This document shows positions 48,721 through 60,198 of a stretch of 64,000 nucleotides of DNA, piece after piece. The notes beneath the pieces are model-generated. The model had not been told where the DNA came from, ran no database searches, and saw nothing but the letters and a program-made list of their open reading frames with translations. Made by a program: the position numbers and the translations under genes. Position 1 is the first letter of the stretch. Each line of letters opens with the position of its first letter. Source of the stretch: Opitutales bacterium (GTDB taxonomy: Bacteria; Verrucomicrobiota; Verrucomicrobiia; Opitutales; JABSRG01); NCBI GenBank assembly GCA_049599475.1, contig JBMYOQ010000011.1, positions 17,553 to 81,552 on the forward strand. The letters run 5' to 3'.

Positions 48721-49203
48721 ATGAATTCGGTATTGAAACTTTTGCTGGAGGGAGAACAGCTGTCCACAAGCCAGATGGCTCAGATACTCGACTTGAGTGA
48801 GGCTCAAGTTGATGCTGAACTCGCGGCGCTCCAAGCAGATAAGATCTTGCTGGGTTGGCGCCCCGTCCTAAATCGCGAGCTCGTGGAAGAAAACCAGGTG
48901 CGCGCGGTGATTGAGATTAGGATAACGCCTGAGCGCGGTGGAGGTTTTGACAAATTGGCGGCGCGCATTAGTAATTTCGAACAGGTGGAATCCTGCTACC
49001 TGATGTCCGGAGGGTACGACTTGCTCGCGTTCGTGTCGGGCAAAAACCTCCACGCAGTGGCCTCTTTTGTATCTGAGCGTTTAGCCTCGATCGGAGGTGT
49101 TTTGTCGACAGCGACACACTTCCTTTTGCGCACCTACAAGGAGCAGGGCTACATCTTGGTGCGCGGAGAAGGCCAAACCGACAAACCCTCAGTAAGTCCG
49201 TAG
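48721..49203 (+). CDS. Lrp/AsnC-family transcriptional regulator
   Basis: An N-terminal wHTH is followed by an AsnC-type ligand domain (VRAVIEIRITPE...VESCYLMSGGYDLLAFV). It lies 4 nt upstream of an aminotransferase gene. Confidence 0.8.
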   Translation: MNSVLKLLLEGEQLSTSQMAQILDLSEAQVDAELAALQADKILLGWRPVLNRELVEENQVRAVIEIRITPERGGGFDKLAARISNFEQVESCYLMSGGYDLLAFVSGKNLHAVASFVSERLASIGGVLSTATHFLLRTYKEQGYILVRGEGQTDKPSVSP

Positions 49204-49207
49204 AGCC

Positions 49208-50401
49208 ATGAGCGAGGGAGATTTTAATTATATTGCCGACCACGTGAGCTCGATCCCGAAGTCGGGAATTCGTGACTTCTTTGCAATTGTGCAGCAGCGT
49301 CCAGAAGCTATCTCACTGGGCATCGGTGAGCCGGACTTTGTGACTCCATGGCATATTCGCGAAGCAGCTATCTTTGCCCTGGAGCAGGGGAGGACGTCCT
49401 ACACGGACAACCTTGGATTGCTGTCCCTGCGCAAGGAGATTGCTAAATATGCCGAATCGAATTTCAGCCTGAGCTACAACCCACAAAAGGAAATCATTGT
49501 AGCGGTCGGTGTTTCTGAAGCGGTGGATATCGCTCTGAGGGCAATTATCAATCCGGGCGATAAAGTGATGTTTCACCAGCCTTGCTACGTCTCATACAGC
49601 CCGTCTGTGACCTTGGCCCATGGCGAAAGTATACCGGTCGCGACCAAGAAAGACGATCTATTTGCCCTGAACATCGAAGACCTCCGCGCAGCCTGGCAGC
49701 CCGGGACGAAGGCACTGATGCTGAACTATCCGACGAACCCAACCGGTGCGGTCTTCCCGAAGCAAGTCCTTCAGGATATCGCGACTTTTGCGATCGAAAA
49801 GGATATCCTCATCTTGAGTGATGAGATTTATGCCGAGCTCACCTATGATGGCGAACACGTCAGTATCGCGAGCCTGCCCGGCATGCGGGAGCGCACGTTA
49901 TTCCTGCACGGTTTCTCCAAAGCCTGGGCTATGACAGGGTTCCGCATCGGGTATGCTTGTGGGCCTCAGGGGTGGATCGAAGCGATGATGAAAGTGCATC
50001 AATACAGCATGCTGTGCGCTCCGATCCTGAGCCAAGAGGCCGCCATTGAAGCCTTAAAAAATGGCGAAGACTCCGTCGCTATGATGCGTGAAAAGTATCA
50101 GAAACGCCGTGACTTTCTCGGTCGCCGATTTAACGAGATGGGGCTCGACTGCCATATTCCTGGCGGATCCTTTTATCTCTTCCCAGATATTCGGTCCACG
50201 GGATTGAGCTCGATGGATTTTGCGACCGGCCTCTTAAACCAGAACGAAGTCGCGATGGTTCCCGGAGGTGCTTTTGGCCCTGCCGGTGAGGGCTTCTGCC
50301 GGGCCAGTTATTCTACCAGTTTCGATGAGCTCATCGAAGCCTCGGATCGCATAGAGCGCTTCGTGAATTCAACATCAGCCACAACACCTGTAAACGCGTG
50401 A
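49208..50401 (+). CDS. class I/II pyridoxal-phosphate aminotransferase (aspartate/alanine aminotransferase-like)
   Basis: NYPTNPTG is present, and the PLP-lysine region is FSKAWAMTGFRIGY. Confidence 0.85.
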   Translation: MSEGDFNYIADHVSSIPKSGIRDFFAIVQQRPEAISLGIGEPDFVTPWHIREAAIFALEQGRTSYTDNLGLLSLRKEIAKYAESNFSLSYNPQKEIIVAVGVSEAVDIALRAIINPGDKVMFHQPCYVSYSPSVTLAHGESIPVATKKDDLFALNIEDLRAAWQPGTKALMLNYPTNPTGAVFPKQVLQDIATFAIEKDILILSDEIYAELTYDGEHVSIASLPGMRERTLFLHGFSKAWAMTGFRIGYACGPQGWIEAMMKVHQYSMLCAPILSQEAAIEALKNGEDSVAMMREKYQKRRDFLGRRFNEMGLDCHIPGGSFYLFPDIRSTGLSSMDFATGLLNQNEVAMVPGGAFGPAGEGFCRASYSTSFDELIEASDRIERFVNSTSATTPVNA

Positions 50402-51879
50402 GCGATACCATCGAGAGCCGCACAGTCGCGGTAGTAGGGCGACCCAATGTTGGGAAGAGCCGTTTGTTTAATTGTCTCACCGGGCGGCGTATCTCCATCG
50501 TGCACGACCAACCAGGAGTGACCCGAGATGTCATTTCTGCAGAGGTAAAGGCTGGCTACACGCTCCTGGATACGGGTGGTATCGGAATGGAGCCAGAGGC
50601 GACACCAGAGGTCTTACGCGAGGCTACCGAAACTCAAGTGCAGTTTGCTCTGCAGGCCGCGCGCGTGATTCTTTTTGTCGTCGATTTTAAGGATGGTGTT
50701 ACTCCAGTAGATATTGAATTGGCGAACGCGTTTAGGCGGCAAAAGACACAGCCAATTCTCATTGTAAATAAGGCGGATCACGCGGGTGATGCTGATGCGG
50801 CTTATGCTGAATTTGGCAGCCTGGGTTTCGAAAACATTCTGCCCATCTCGGCCGAACACAAGATCGGCATCGGGGCCATAAATAAGGCTATCATTGATAT
50901 GATTGGGCCTCTTGAAGAGGAGAAAGAGGCAGAGGAGAGACGGATTTCAATCAGTCTTATTGGACGACCCAATGTCGGGAAATCTTCGATGACAAACGCG
51001 ATGCTCAAATCGGATCGCGTGATTGTGAGTGATATTCCGGGTACGACGCGAGACACGATCGAGATGGAACTCGACTACACCAATAAGCGTGGTGAGTTGT
51101 GGCGCTTCTTGTTGAATGATACGGCGGGTCTGCGTAGCCGGACCAAGGTCGATACATCGGTAGAGTATTTTTCAAGTCTGCGTAGTGAGGAGACTATCAA
51201 GCGATCGGACGTCGTCTTTTTGGTCATTGATGCGGAAGACGGAATTACCAAGCAAGAGCAGCGGCTCGCGGGTATGGCTCTGGATTGGGGGAAGGCACTG
51301 ATTATCGTGGTCAACAAATGGGACCTCGTTTTCGAGCGTTTCCAGCGAGACTTCGTGGATGGCTATGATAACGAAAGTGACTTCCGGAAGAGTTACGCAG
51401 AAGCCATTCAGAAGGAGCTCTTTTTCCTCCCGGGAACGCCTGTAGTCTTTACGTCAGCAGTCACTGGATTTTCGATCGAAAACCTATTGAAGACTGCGGT
51501 TGAGCTGGATGCTAAACTCGAGGAAAAAATCCCGACGGGTCGCCTGAATGCCCGCATTAAGGAGATGCTCGAGCATCGTTCACCGAAGAAGATAAAAACC
51601 GCTCGTTTTAAAATATATTACGCGGTGCATGTAGGGCGTCGCCCTTACAAAATAAAGCTCTTTTGTAATTCGGCTGAAAAACTGCACGAGACATACGAGC
51701 GCTATCTCGAAAAGGGGATTCAAGAGACTTTCGGCCTAGAGGGCTGTCCGGTGGAATTTGAACTTGTCGGAAAGGCCAAACGCTACACGGAAGGCGAAGT
51801 GGACAATCCCGAGGATATGCCCACCCGCAAGCCCAAACCAAAGCGCCGAAAGAAACCCAAGCGCCCCCGTAAGGGCTAG
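50398..51879 (+). CDS. der: ribosome-biogenesis GTPase Der (EngA) with a Lys/Arg/Pro-rich C-terminal tail
   Basis: There are two G domains (GRPNVGKSRLFN and GRPNVGKSSMTN) and a KH-like C-terminal domain. The GTG start overlaps the preceding stop (GTGA). The tail is TRKPKPKRRKKPKRPRKG. Confidence 0.9.
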   Translation: MSDTIESRTVAVVGRPNVGKSRLFNCLTGRRISIVHDQPGVTRDVISAEVKAGYTLLDTGGIGMEPEATPEVLREATETQVQFALQAARVILFVVDFKDGVTPVDIELANAFRRQKTQPILIVNKADHAGDADAAYAEFGSLGFENILPISAEHKIGIGAINKAIIDMIGPLEEEKEAEERRISISLIGRPNVGKSSMTNAMLKSDRVIVSDIPGTTRDTIEMELDYTNKRGELWRFLLNDTAGLRSRTKVDTSVEYFSSLRSEETIKRSDVVFLVIDAEDGITKQEQRLAGMALDWGKALIIVVNKWDLVFERFQRDFVDGYDNESDFRKSYAEAIQKELFFLPGTPVVFTSAVTGFSIENLLKTAVELDAKLEEKIPTGRLNARIKEMLEHRSPKKIKTARFKIYYAVHVGRRPYKIKLFCNSAEKLHETYERYLEKGIQETFGLEGCPVEFELVGKAKRYTEGEVDNPEDMPTRKPKPKRRKKPKRPRKG

Positions 51880-52032
51880 GGTAGCAACTTTCAAGGTAGG
51901 TGCGAAACGGTCTCGGTGAGCTGAAGCATTTAAAGCCTTTGTGCGGCACACGAACGGTTTACCTGGACGATGTGCACTACCATTTGCATGCGAAAATAGT
52001 TTTGAGGAAGGTTTAATCCTGTCTAGATATTT

Positions 52033-53016
52033 TCAGCGATTTAAATCGACGACTATGCGGCCTCGGATTTCTCCGTTGAGTAGTTTTGATGCGTAGGGAA
52101 TCGCTTCGCTGAGCGGGATTATTTGGCGAATGGATGCGAGTTTTTTGAGGTCTAGATCTTTGCTGAGGCGCTGCCAGGCTTCGATCCTTTCGGCTTTTGG
52201 GCACATTACACTGTCTATACCTTTTAGGGTGACTCCGCGCAGGATGAAAGGAGCGACGGTTGCTGGGAAGTCCATGCTGCCGGCGAGTCCACAGGCGGTG
52301 ACGATGCCGCCGTATTGTGTGGAAGCGCACAGGTTTGCCAGGGTGTGTCCTCCGACGACATCGATGGCTCCGGCCCATCTTTCTTTTTGGAGTGGTTTGC
52401 CCGGAGATGAGAATTCCGCGCGATCAATCACATCGGTGGCTCCGAGGCTTTTGAGGTATTCAGATTGCTCGGGTCGCCCGCTGAGTGCTGTAACCTTATA
52501 GCCGAGTTTGCTGAGGATTGAGATGGCCACACTGCCAACTCCGCCAGTGGCTCCTGTGACAATGATTTCGCCTGAATCGGGGGTGACCCCGTGTTTCTCC
52601 AAAGCAAGAATACAGAGCATGGCGGTGTATCCGGCTGTGCCGATTGTCATGCAGTCTTGAGGGCTCAGACCCGCAGGTTGGGGAATGAGCCAGTCGCCGT
52701 TGAGGCATGCTTTTTCGGAGAGGCCGCCCCAGTGTTTTTCGCCGACTCCCCAGCCGTTGAGCATTACGGTGTCACCAGGTTTGAAATCCGAGTGTTCCGA
52801 ATGCTCTACAGTACCCACTAGATCGATACCCGGGACCATCGGGAAGGAACGCACGACCGGAGCTTTGCCGGTGATTGCCAGGGCGTCTTTGTAGTTGAGC
52901 GTCGAGTGAGTCACCTTGAGGCTTACGTCGCCCTCAGGCAGCTGATGCTCGTCTAATTTTTTCAAGCTGGCTCGGTAGCCGGATTCATCTTTTTCAATGA
53001 GAATGGCCTTGAACAT
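52033..53016 (-). CDS. acuI: YhdH/AcuI-type NADPH-dependent acrylyl-CoA reductase (MDR superfamily)
   Basis: It resembles E. coli YhdH, as I remember that sequence, along its whole length. Matching segments include [39 protein letters not shown] and [11 protein letters not shown]. Confidence 0.85.
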   Translation of the reverse strand: MFKAILIEKDESGYRASLKKLDEHQLPEGDVSLKVTHSTLNYKDALAITGKAPVVRSFPMVPGIDLVGTVEHSEHSDFKPGDTVMLNGWGVGEKHWGGLSEKACLNGDWLIPQPAGLSPQDCMTIGTAGYTAMLCILALEKHGVTPDSGEIIVTGATGGVGSVAISILSKLGYKVTALSGRPEQSEYLKSLGATDVIDRAEFSSPGKPLQKERWAGAIDVVGGHTLANLCASTQYGGIVTACGLAGSMDFPATVAPFILRGVTLKGIDSVMCPKAERIEAWQRLSKDLDLKKLASIRQIIPLSEAIPYASKLLNGEIRGRIVVDLNR

Positions 53017-53037
53017 CGCTTGAGGATCTTTAGTTGG

Positions 53038-54315
53038 CTAGATCGCCTTGATCGCGTTTGAGAGTATTTCTGCGGCTTGATCGATTGCGATCGAAGCGTG
53101 GGCGGTGCTGATGAAGCAGGTCTCAAATGCTGATGGCGGCAGATAGACTCCGTCTTCCAAGGCTTTGTGGAAAACTTTGTTGAACAGGTCTTTGTCGGCT
53201 CCCAGAACGGCGTCGAAACTGTCGATTTTCTGTTCGGTAAATGCCATGTAGAACATGGATCCAACCTGCGGGACTTGGAGTGCTATGCCTTTTTCCTTTG
53301 CTGCTGAAAGGAGCGCGTCGCGCAGGAGTTCTCCCATGCTGTTTAGTCGATCGTAGGGTTGTTGCTCGTTGAGGAGTTCCAGAGATTGGAGACCGGCTGC
53401 CATCGCGAGTGGATTTCCGCTCAGGGTACCTGCTTGGTAGACGGGACCTAAGGGGGCGAGCTTTTCCATAATCTCTCGCTTTCCGCCAAACGCTCCCACG
53501 GGTAGACCACCACCGATGATTTTGCCCATGGCAGTGAGGTCGGGCGTGATGTCTTCCTTTTCCTGAACGCCGCCAAGGGCAATGCGGAACCCGGTCATTA
53601 CTTCGTCCATTATAAGGACAGCACCGTGCTTGGTGCATACATCGCGAAGAGCTTGCATATAGCCGGGCTTGGGAAGCACGAGGCCGCAGTTTGCAGGATA
53701 TGCCTCGACAATGATGCCTGCGATTTGGTCGGGATATTGAGCGAATGCTGCATCGAGGGCTTCGAAATCGTTGTATGGAAGAACGACCGTTTCCTTGGCA
53801 AAACTCTTGGGGATGCCTGCGCTGTCGGGCGTGCCAAGTGTCAATGCTCCGGAACCTGCAGAGACCAGTAAGCTGTCGACGTGGCCGTGATAACAGCCGG
53901 CAAATTTGATGATTTTGTCCCTCCCTGTATAGCCGCGGGCGAGCCGAATACAGGTCATCGTCGCTTCGGTGCCGCTATTACACATGCGGACCATTTCGAC
54001 TGAAGGAACATTTTCCACGATGAACTCTGCCATCGGTACCTCGTAGGGGTTGGGTGTTCCAAAGCTCGTGCCTTTATCTAATGCCTCGCTGACTGCGTCG
54101 TGGATTTCGGGGTGGTTGTGTCCGTGAATCGCGGGGCCCCAGGTGCACACAAAGTCGATCAAGTCTTGGCCATCGACCGTTGTCAAAGTCGCTCCAGCAG
54201 CGCGTTCGGTAAAGAAGGGTGCGCCGCCTACGCTGCGGAAAGCGCGGACCGGAGAGTTGACGCCTCCAGGGATCAGTTTTTGGGCAGTTTCAAAGAGTTC
54301 TTGCGAGCGATTCAT
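53038..54315 (-). CDS. hemL: glutamate-1-semialdehyde 2,1-aminomutase
   Basis: The sequence has [13 protein letters not shown] and the PLP-lysine region [16 protein letters not shown]. Confidence 0.95.
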   Translation of the reverse strand: MNRSQELFETAQKLIPGGVNSPVRAFRSVGGAPFFTERAAGATLTTVDGQDLIDFVCTWGPAIHGHNHPEIHDAVSEALDKGTSFGTPNPYEVPMAEFIVENVPSVEMVRMCNSGTEATMTCIRLARGYTGRDKIIKFAGCYHGHVDSLLVSAGSGALTLGTPDSAGIPKSFAKETVVLPYNDFEALDAAFAQYPDQIAGIIVEAYPANCGLVLPKPGYMQALRDVCTKHGAVLIMDEVMTGFRIALGGVQEKEDITPDLTAMGKIIGGGLPVGAFGGKREIMEKLAPLGPVYQAGTLSGNPLAMAAGLQSLELLNEQQPYDRLNSMGELLRDALLSAAKEKGIALQVPQVGSMFYMAFTEQKIDSFDAVLGADKDLFNKVFHKALEDGVYLPPSAFETCFISTAHASIAIDQAAEILSNAIKAI

Positions 54316-54334
54316 AGTTGCAAAGTCGAGAAGC

Positions 54335-55174
54335 CTAAGGCTTGGCTGAGTTTACCGAGGGAGGCAAGAGCTCTTCGATTCGCTGTTTGAGATTTCCAGA
54401 ATCGATGTATTCCTCGATTAAAGATTTGGTGGGCGCAGTCTGGAAAAGAACGCCTTGGTCGGGAAGATAGGGAACGATGCTGGGAGGGCTTGTCGTACGT
54501 AGAATTTTTGAATCCAGGGGAAAGAAGGCGGTAAGGTAGAGCTTTCCGGTTATTGATGCCTTTTCGAATAGTTGAGAGATCTCATCGGAGCTGGGATGTG
54601 TGGATGCTATGGCTGATAGGGCGTAAAATTCGATCGGAATCTCTCCGCGAGCATTGGTGCCCGCGCGGAAAACTCGGGTCTCCAATATTTGCTTTTCTGC
54701 GAAGGTTTTGAGTTCGAGATCGTCTAAGGCCGAGGCATCGGAATCTGTGACTGCGCGGACCAGGAGATTACGCAAAGCGAGCTGCTCGGAGAGGATTGCT
54801 TTGCTGCGCTGACGGTCTGGGCCGGGTGAGAGTATGAGGGCGTGGGGGCTGATTGTTACACGAAAGCCCGCCTTGCGCCCCGCGAGTTCGAAAGCTCGGT
54901 AGACATTGCTCTCTCGAATCCGAAGGCTGATGACTTTCTCGCCGTATTCCGGCTTCGGGTAGTCGATTTGCAATGATGGGGTGTCGCGATGTTTCCCTTC
55001 AACAATAGCCCACAGCGCCTTGAGGACCGAATCGATTCGATCCTCTTCGAAGTATACGTCTTTAATCTCGGTGTCGTAGGCAAGTCGCCGGACATCCCCG
55101 AAGGCTAGGGTAGCCAACGCACATGCGATCAAAGCCGCAGCCAGCAATCTACTTCGAGACATATCTTTGAACAA
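54335..55174 (-). CDS. hypothetical secreted protein
   Basis: It has a signal peptide ([17 protein letters not shown]). The N-terminal ~80 aa faintly resemble an STN/secretin-N-type small domain. I cannot assign a family. It overlaps the nadE 3' end by 14-26 nt. Confidence 0.5.
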   Translation of the reverse strand: MFKDMSRSRLLAAALIACALATLAFGDVRRLAYDTEIKDVYFEEDRIDSVLKALWAIVEGKHRDTPSLQIDYPKPEYGEKVISLRIRESNVYRAFELAGRKAGFRVTISPHALILSPGPDRQRSKAILSEQLALRNLLVRAVTDSDASALDDLELKTFAEKQILETRVFRAGTNARGEIPIEFYALSAIASTHPSSDEISQLFEKASITGKLYLTAFFPLDSKILRTTSPPSIVPYLPDQGVLFQTAPTKSLIEEYIDSGNLKQRIEELLPPSVNSAKP

Positions 55175-56792
55175 TCGGGATGCGGCGGCCCACGCCGAAA
55201 GCGAGAGGGGTGACCTTTAAGCCGGGAGCGGCCTGTTTGCGCTTGTATTCGTTGAGATCTACTTTGCGCACAATGTCTTTGACGACATCCAGTTCGAAAC
55301 CATCTGCCACGATCTCGGAAGTGCTCTTCCCGTGCTCTACATAGCGGTAAAGAATGGCATCCAGGACATCATACGGAGGGAGGCTATCCTCGTCTTTCTG
55401 GTCGGGGCGAAGTTCTGCTGAAGGTGGCTTGTTTATGGTATTCCAAGGAATGATTTCGTGCTCGCGGTTGATGTGTCGACATAGCTCGAAAACGGTGGTC
55501 TTGGGTAGGTCTGAAATTACTGCGAGTCCGCCGCACATGTCGCCGTAAAGGGTGCAGTAGCCGACCGCGAGTTCACTCTTGTTACCGGTGGTCAGCAGGA
55601 GTGCGCCAAACTTGTTGGACATTGCCATCAGCAACAGCCCCCGTGTGCGCGCCTGAATGTTCTCCTCGGTCACATCCATGGCAAGTCCTTGGAATAAGGG
55701 GCTCAGTGTCCCGCTTGCTGCTTCGACGACTGTTGCGATCGGGATAGATTCGTAGCGAATGCCTAAATTGTGTGCGAGGTCGGCGGCGTCATCGCGGCTA
55801 TGTTGGCTCGAAATCGCTGAGGGTAAGCTGACTCCGATTACGTTTTCCTTCCCGAGGGCACGGGCCGCGATTGCGGCGGTGAGGGCTGAATCGATGCCGC
55901 CGCTCAAACCGATGAGGGCCTTTTTGAAGCCGCACTTATGCGTGTAGTCGCGGAGTCCCAAGGTGAGTGCTTCGAAGAGCAGGTCCATGGAGGTCGCTCC
56001 TTCCTCAGGGCTTTGTGGCAGCTTAACGGTTTCGAGGTCGACTAGAAGGTTTTCCTCAACGAAGCCCTCGGCTTTTCCAAGAATGTCGCCTGTTGCGCTT
56101 ACTGCAAAACTGCGGCCATCGAAAATCAGCTCATCATTCCCGCCCACTGCGTTGCAATAGACCACAGGAGCACTCGCACGCTTTGCGGCATCTTTGACCA
56201 AATCGATTCGGAAACGGTCTTTCTCCATATGCCATGGGCTGGCGGAGCAGTTGATCACGAGGTCGACTCCGCGTTCTGCGAGGTCCTTTATGGGGTCGGC
56301 ATGATAGCGGTCGGCGGTGGAGATGTCCGGGTGCTTCCAGATGTCTTCGCAAATCGTTAGGCCAATGCGTTTGCCCTGCCACTCCACAATCGCTGGGGCC
56401 TCGGCAGGCTCGAAGTAGCGATCTTCATCGAAGACATCATAGGTCGGAAGCAGGGATTTGTATCCGTAAGACTTTACCTCGCCGTCGGCTATCCAGGCCA
56501 CTGCATTGCGGAACGGGCGGCCCGATGGATCTCCGTTGGGCAGAACGGTTCCGACGATTGATGGAACTGTTTTAACCTCTTGGGCGAGTGCGCCCAGGGT
56601 CTCCTCAATATCTGGGACAAAGCGAGTCTTGAAGAGAAGGTCCCGCGGTGGGTAGCCACAAACCACGAGTTCAGGAAATACCACCAATTCCGCACCGCCC
56701 GCCACAAGCGCGGCATAGCTCTCCCGCATCTTCTGCAGATTCCCGGGCATATCGCCCACTGTCGTATTGATCTGAGCCAGTCCAATTTTCAT
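55149..56792 (-). CDS. nadE: glutamine-dependent NAD+ synthetase
   Basis: The N-terminal CN-hydrolase domain starts [14 protein letters not shown] at the ATG at 56792. The C-terminal NAD synthetase domain has [10 protein letters not shown]. Confidence 0.9.
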   Translation of the reverse strand: MKIGLAQINTTVGDMPGNLQKMRESYAALVAGGAELVVFPELVVCGYPPRDLLFKTRFVPDIEETLGALAQEVKTVPSIVGTVLPNGDPSGRPFRNAVAWIADGEVKSYGYKSLLPTYDVFDEDRYFEPAEAPAIVEWQGKRIGLTICEDIWKHPDISTADRYHADPIKDLAERGVDLVINCSASPWHMEKDRFRIDLVKDAAKRASAPVVYCNAVGGNDELIFDGRSFAVSATGDILGKAEGFVEENLLVDLETVKLPQSPEEGATSMDLLFEALTLGLRDYTHKCGFKKALIGLSGGIDSALTAAIAARALGKENVIGVSLPSAISSQHSRDDAADLAHNLGIRYESIPIATVVEAASGTLSPLFQGLAMDVTEENIQARTRGLLLMAMSNKFGALLLTTGNKSELAVGYCTLYGDMCGGLAVISDLPKTTVFELCRHINREHEIIPWNTINKPPSAELRPDQKDEDSLPPYDVLDAILYRYVEHGKSTSEIVADGFELDVVKDIVRKVDLNEYKRKQAAPGLKVTPLAFGVGRRIPIVQRYVSK

Positions 56793-56948
56793 AGGTCTTC
56801 CCATAAGCTCAGAATTAAGCCGCAGATTAGCAAAGCTCAAATTTCATACTGGGATGCTCGCCGGAGTGCTGAATGTAAAAAAAGCTTGAAGAAATAGCGC
56901 TTTCTTGGGCAATTAGGGTCCCGAATTTGCTCTCTTTGCTCTTAGTTT

Positions 56949-58304
56949 ATGAAAAAGTTTTTCCTCAGTTTTGTGATTCTGTCTCTGGCGTTCGTAGATG
57001 TTTGCGCTCAAGATACACCTACATTTACGCCGCAAGAACCTGTGGGGCTAGCTCCTCCGACGTCTAGCCCACCCAATATAAGTACTGCAACTTTGGCTAC
57101 TCCCACAAGTGAGCAGATCACCGGTAATTCGGGTTCTTTCTCAATCGAGGATATTAACCTTGGAGTTTTGGATCAGGACCAAATCCTGAGCGACGAGCAG
57201 AGTATTGGCTCGTCAAACAACGTGGACTATTACCTCTTCTACTTATCCGAGGATTCACATGTGAGTGTTTCGGTAGAAGCCCAGGGCGACGATGTCGCGA
57301 TCATAGGTTTTTTGTACGATAGTGATGGAGTTGAGTTCATCGTTGATAATGGCCCCGGAAATGGAGAGTTCGGCGATTACGGCTTTACATTAAATTCTGC
57401 AAATTATCTCAATTCTCTGCTCACAGAGGGATACTATTTCATCGGAATAAGAGGAGATGGAGGAGTCGGAGATTACGAAATATCGGTTGAAGTCTCCAGG
57501 GTGAACGTTTCATTTGATATTGGTATCCAAGGAGCCGCTGACGAATCAGTGTCCCTCGATCAGCGCATTGTGTGGGGGGCAGAGGCCACGGCTCCCGTCG
57601 TTACAGGAATCGACGGTTGGGAGTTTTGGGGTTGGAATAAGGAATTTACCGAGGTTACGCAGGATATGGTTGTGAGTGCCGAGTATTTTCGGCCAGGCTC
57701 GCTACTCAGCGCAGATGGAAGCTCGATCCTATATGGAATGGATTTTGAGTTGTCCGTTACTGCGACGGACGGTTCGGATTATTCATACCAGTGGTTTTTA
57801 GATGGCACAAAAATCGATGGAGCGACTGAAGCTACATATATTGTCGAGTCTGCAGGAGATTTGGATGCTGGCCTATATGAGGTGCTAATCACGGATGGTG
57901 TGATCGAAAAACGTATCTCGGGTAACATTGAGGTCTCTGGCCTTGAATCAGTCTCTGAAGCATTCACTCAAATAGAGTTGATCGAAGACTTTGCTTCGGC
58001 GTCTACCGATGAATGGAGACATGTGGATTGGTTCGGCTTGATCGAAACAACATCATATCCATGGCTCTATCATTACGAGATGGGTTGGGTGCTTGTGAGT
58101 GGGACTCAGGAAGCCGCCTCCGAGAGTGAAGATACAGTTTGGGTGTGGATACCTGGCATTGATGAATGGTATCGCTTCAGTGAAAACGATGATCCCTGGA
58201 TCTGGTCCGATAGTGCCCAGGAATGGCATTACTTGTATCGTCAAGATGGAGCTTCATGGATATATGACTACGCCATCTCTGATTGGATACAAATAGGAGA
58301 GTGA
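56949..58304 (+). CDS. secreted multi-domain protein (PPC-like, Listeria-Bacteroides-repeat-like and Ig-like modules) with C-terminal Trp-rich repeats
   Basis: It has a signal peptide and a DYYLFYLSEDSHVSVSVEA segment (pre-peptidase C-terminal-like). GWEFWGWNKEFTEVTQDMVVSAEY and YSYQWFLDGTKIDGATEATY (Ig-like) follow. Four W-rich units of ~17-22 aa sit at the C-terminus. All domain names are by-eye guesses. Confidence 0.6.
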   Translation: MKKFFLSFVILSLAFVDVCAQDTPTFTPQEPVGLAPPTSSPPNISTATLATPTSEQITGNSGSFSIEDINLGVLDQDQILSDEQSIGSSNNVDYYLFYLSEDSHVSVSVEAQGDDVAIIGFLYDSDGVEFIVDNGPGNGEFGDYGFTLNSANYLNSLLTEGYYFIGIRGDGGVGDYEISVEVSRVNVSFDIGIQGAADESVSLDQRIVWGAEATAPVVTGIDGWEFWGWNKEFTEVTQDMVVSAEYFRPGSLLSADGSSILYGMDFELSVTATDGSDYSYQWFLDGTKIDGATEATYIVESAGDLDAGLYEVLITDGVIEKRISGNIEVSGLESVSEAFTQIELIEDFASASTDEWRHVDWFGLIETTSYPWLYHYEMGWVLVSGTQEAASESEDTVWVWIPGIDEWYRFSENDDPWIWSDSAQEWHYLYRQDGASWIYDYAISDWIQIGE

Positions 58305-58311
58305 GCTCTTC

Positions 58312-59997
58312 TTAGGGCTTAGCTTTCTCGGGGAGACTTGTTTCCGAAAACGGACTCGGGTCCCATTGGTTTGTATCTAGGTTTAAGGTGGCTATGGGGC
58401 CTTCGATTTGTTTGTGCTCTATCCAGTGGGCTAGGTTTTTATACCACTCTGTGTCTACTGCGGCGTATTGCATATCCCATTGATGGGGAAGCATACCTGA
58501 ATAGCCGTTGATTGTCGGGAGTCCGATGATCTGTGAGGCGCGGATGGCCATGACTTGGGCCTCGACGCTGTAGCGGTTTCTGGTTTCTTGATCGAACTCG
58601 GGCGGAGGGGTGCGATAGGCGAAGAAAGCGGATGCTTCAAAGGGCGGCGGTTTCAGGGCGTAGATTTGCCTGTTCTCTGCGCTGGGCAGTAGTCGGGACT
58701 CGCGGGGCCACATGAAATTTTCGGCCCAGAAGAATGGAGTGCTCAAGACGGCAATCCAGATTGTAGCGGTTTTGATACGTTGAGACGGAGAGTTGAGGAG
58801 ATTGGTAACCGTGAATGCTACTGCAAAGAGCGCTATGGCGTAGTAGAGCATGTTTATTCTAAAAACGACACGAATCCCGTCGGCTCCGGGTAACAGTTTC
58901 CAGACTAAATACCAGGGGCTGACAACACCGACTCGGAGCATCATGAACCAACCGACGAGGACTGTCAGTATTGCCCAAAATACGATTCTCCATTTCTCCT
59001 GAGTGCGGTTTTTCCAAGCGAAAATACTTACGCCACAGAATAGAGCGAGGAATCCCCAAGGGAACCCATAGTACAGCTCGTGTTGGATGGCTTTCTGCGG
59101 ATAGACCACGGGGATATGTATCCAGCCAAACCAGAACTTATTATAGCGGTTCATCGACCCCAGGGAGGAAATTTCCGGCATCGTGGCTAAGGCGGATCCG
59201 TAAGAGCGGCCGCCGCTGAGTTCATGGGCGGGCAGGTATATCTTAAGGAATAGTGCGAGGAAGGGTATGATCGCTATGCTGGCGATGACGATTGGCACCT
59301 TCTTGCTCCATAGCCACGCTATTCCCGTTCTAACGTGTTCTCGGAAAATGAATGCCCAGGTGCTCAGGCCGACAAGGCAAACGAATGCGAAAAACCAAGC
59401 AATGTAGAAGGTGGAGAGGGCGATGATTGCGTATCCGCTCAGTGCGATCGCTAGCTGCACTGTTCCTCGCTTGATCTTTTTTTGGTTTAGGGCGTCGAGC
59501 GCAGATATTGTTATCAGGATAATCCAAGGCAGCCACCATATGCTCAGCAGCTGAATATGGGATGTGCCAATAGAGGTCTGTATGGGGGCGCCGGCCACGA
59601 AGAGGAAGGAAGCCCAAATGCCTATCCAGCGATTGAGGCCGAAGCGTCTCAGGAGGCAGAAAAAGCCGCAGAATCCGATGGTTGCATACCATAGGAGCAC
59701 GATGTTCATGGAAACGAGAGGGGTGACCCCCGCGAAGCGGAACAATGAGTAAAAGGCGCTGTTGAGGAGAAAGGTGTCGGTATACCCGAGGACATTCGGT
59801 TCTGGGAAGAAAAAGCCGGGGTTGTTCCATGCGGTTTCACCAGAAAACACCCGAAACCAGTGTTCCCAGCACGCTAGGAGCAGGCGTCCGTCGTATCGGT
59901 CAACAAAGCTGGAGTCCCCCGCAAATGAAAGGAGGTCGCGTGACATCATGGCCAGGGCGGCTGTGAGCGCGAAGATCCATACTATTCTGAAAACCAT
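58312..59997 (-). CDS. polytopic membrane protein, possibly GT-C-fold glycosyltransferase
   Basis: There are more than 10 hydrophobic helices, an acidic first-loop segment (GDSSFVDRYDGRL), and a ~130-aa soluble C-terminal domain. I recognise no specific family. Confidence 0.5.
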   Translation of the reverse strand: MVFRIVWIFALTAALAMMSRDLLSFAGDSSFVDRYDGRLLLACWEHWFRVFSGETAWNNPGFFFPEPNVLGYTDTFLLNSAFYSLFRFAGVTPLVSMNIVLLWYATIGFCGFFCLLRRFGLNRWIGIWASFLFVAGAPIQTSIGTSHIQLLSIWWLPWIILITISALDALNQKKIKRGTVQLAIALSGYAIIALSTFYIAWFFAFVCLVGLSTWAFIFREHVRTGIAWLWSKKVPIVIASIAIIPFLALFLKIYLPAHELSGGRSYGSALATMPEISSLGSMNRYNKFWFGWIHIPVVYPQKAIQHELYYGFPWGFLALFCGVSIFAWKNRTQEKWRIVFWAILTVLVGWFMMLRVGVVSPWYLVWKLLPGADGIRVVFRINMLYYAIALFAVAFTVTNLLNSPSQRIKTATIWIAVLSTPFFWAENFMWPRESRLLPSAENRQIYALKPPPFEASAFFAYRTPPPEFDQETRNRYSVEAQVMAIRASQIIGLPTINGYSGMLPHQWDMQYAAVDTEWYKNLAHWIEHKQIEGPIATLNLDTNQWDPSPFSETSLPEKAKP

Positions 59998-60198
59998 TAC
60001 GCCCTAGGGTTTTCGTTTCCGAGGAATGCCGTCAATGGAATAAAAAGGCGATTTCTTGAGTTTTTGACAAATCGCGTCAGTTTTCACGTTCTGTAGTCGA
60101 GCAAGATTCTAGAAGTTTTTCGAAACAATCAGTCTCGATTATCGTTATCTTTTATGAAATCCTGTAATTAACGGCCTCCTGAATCACCGAAACTCCCC

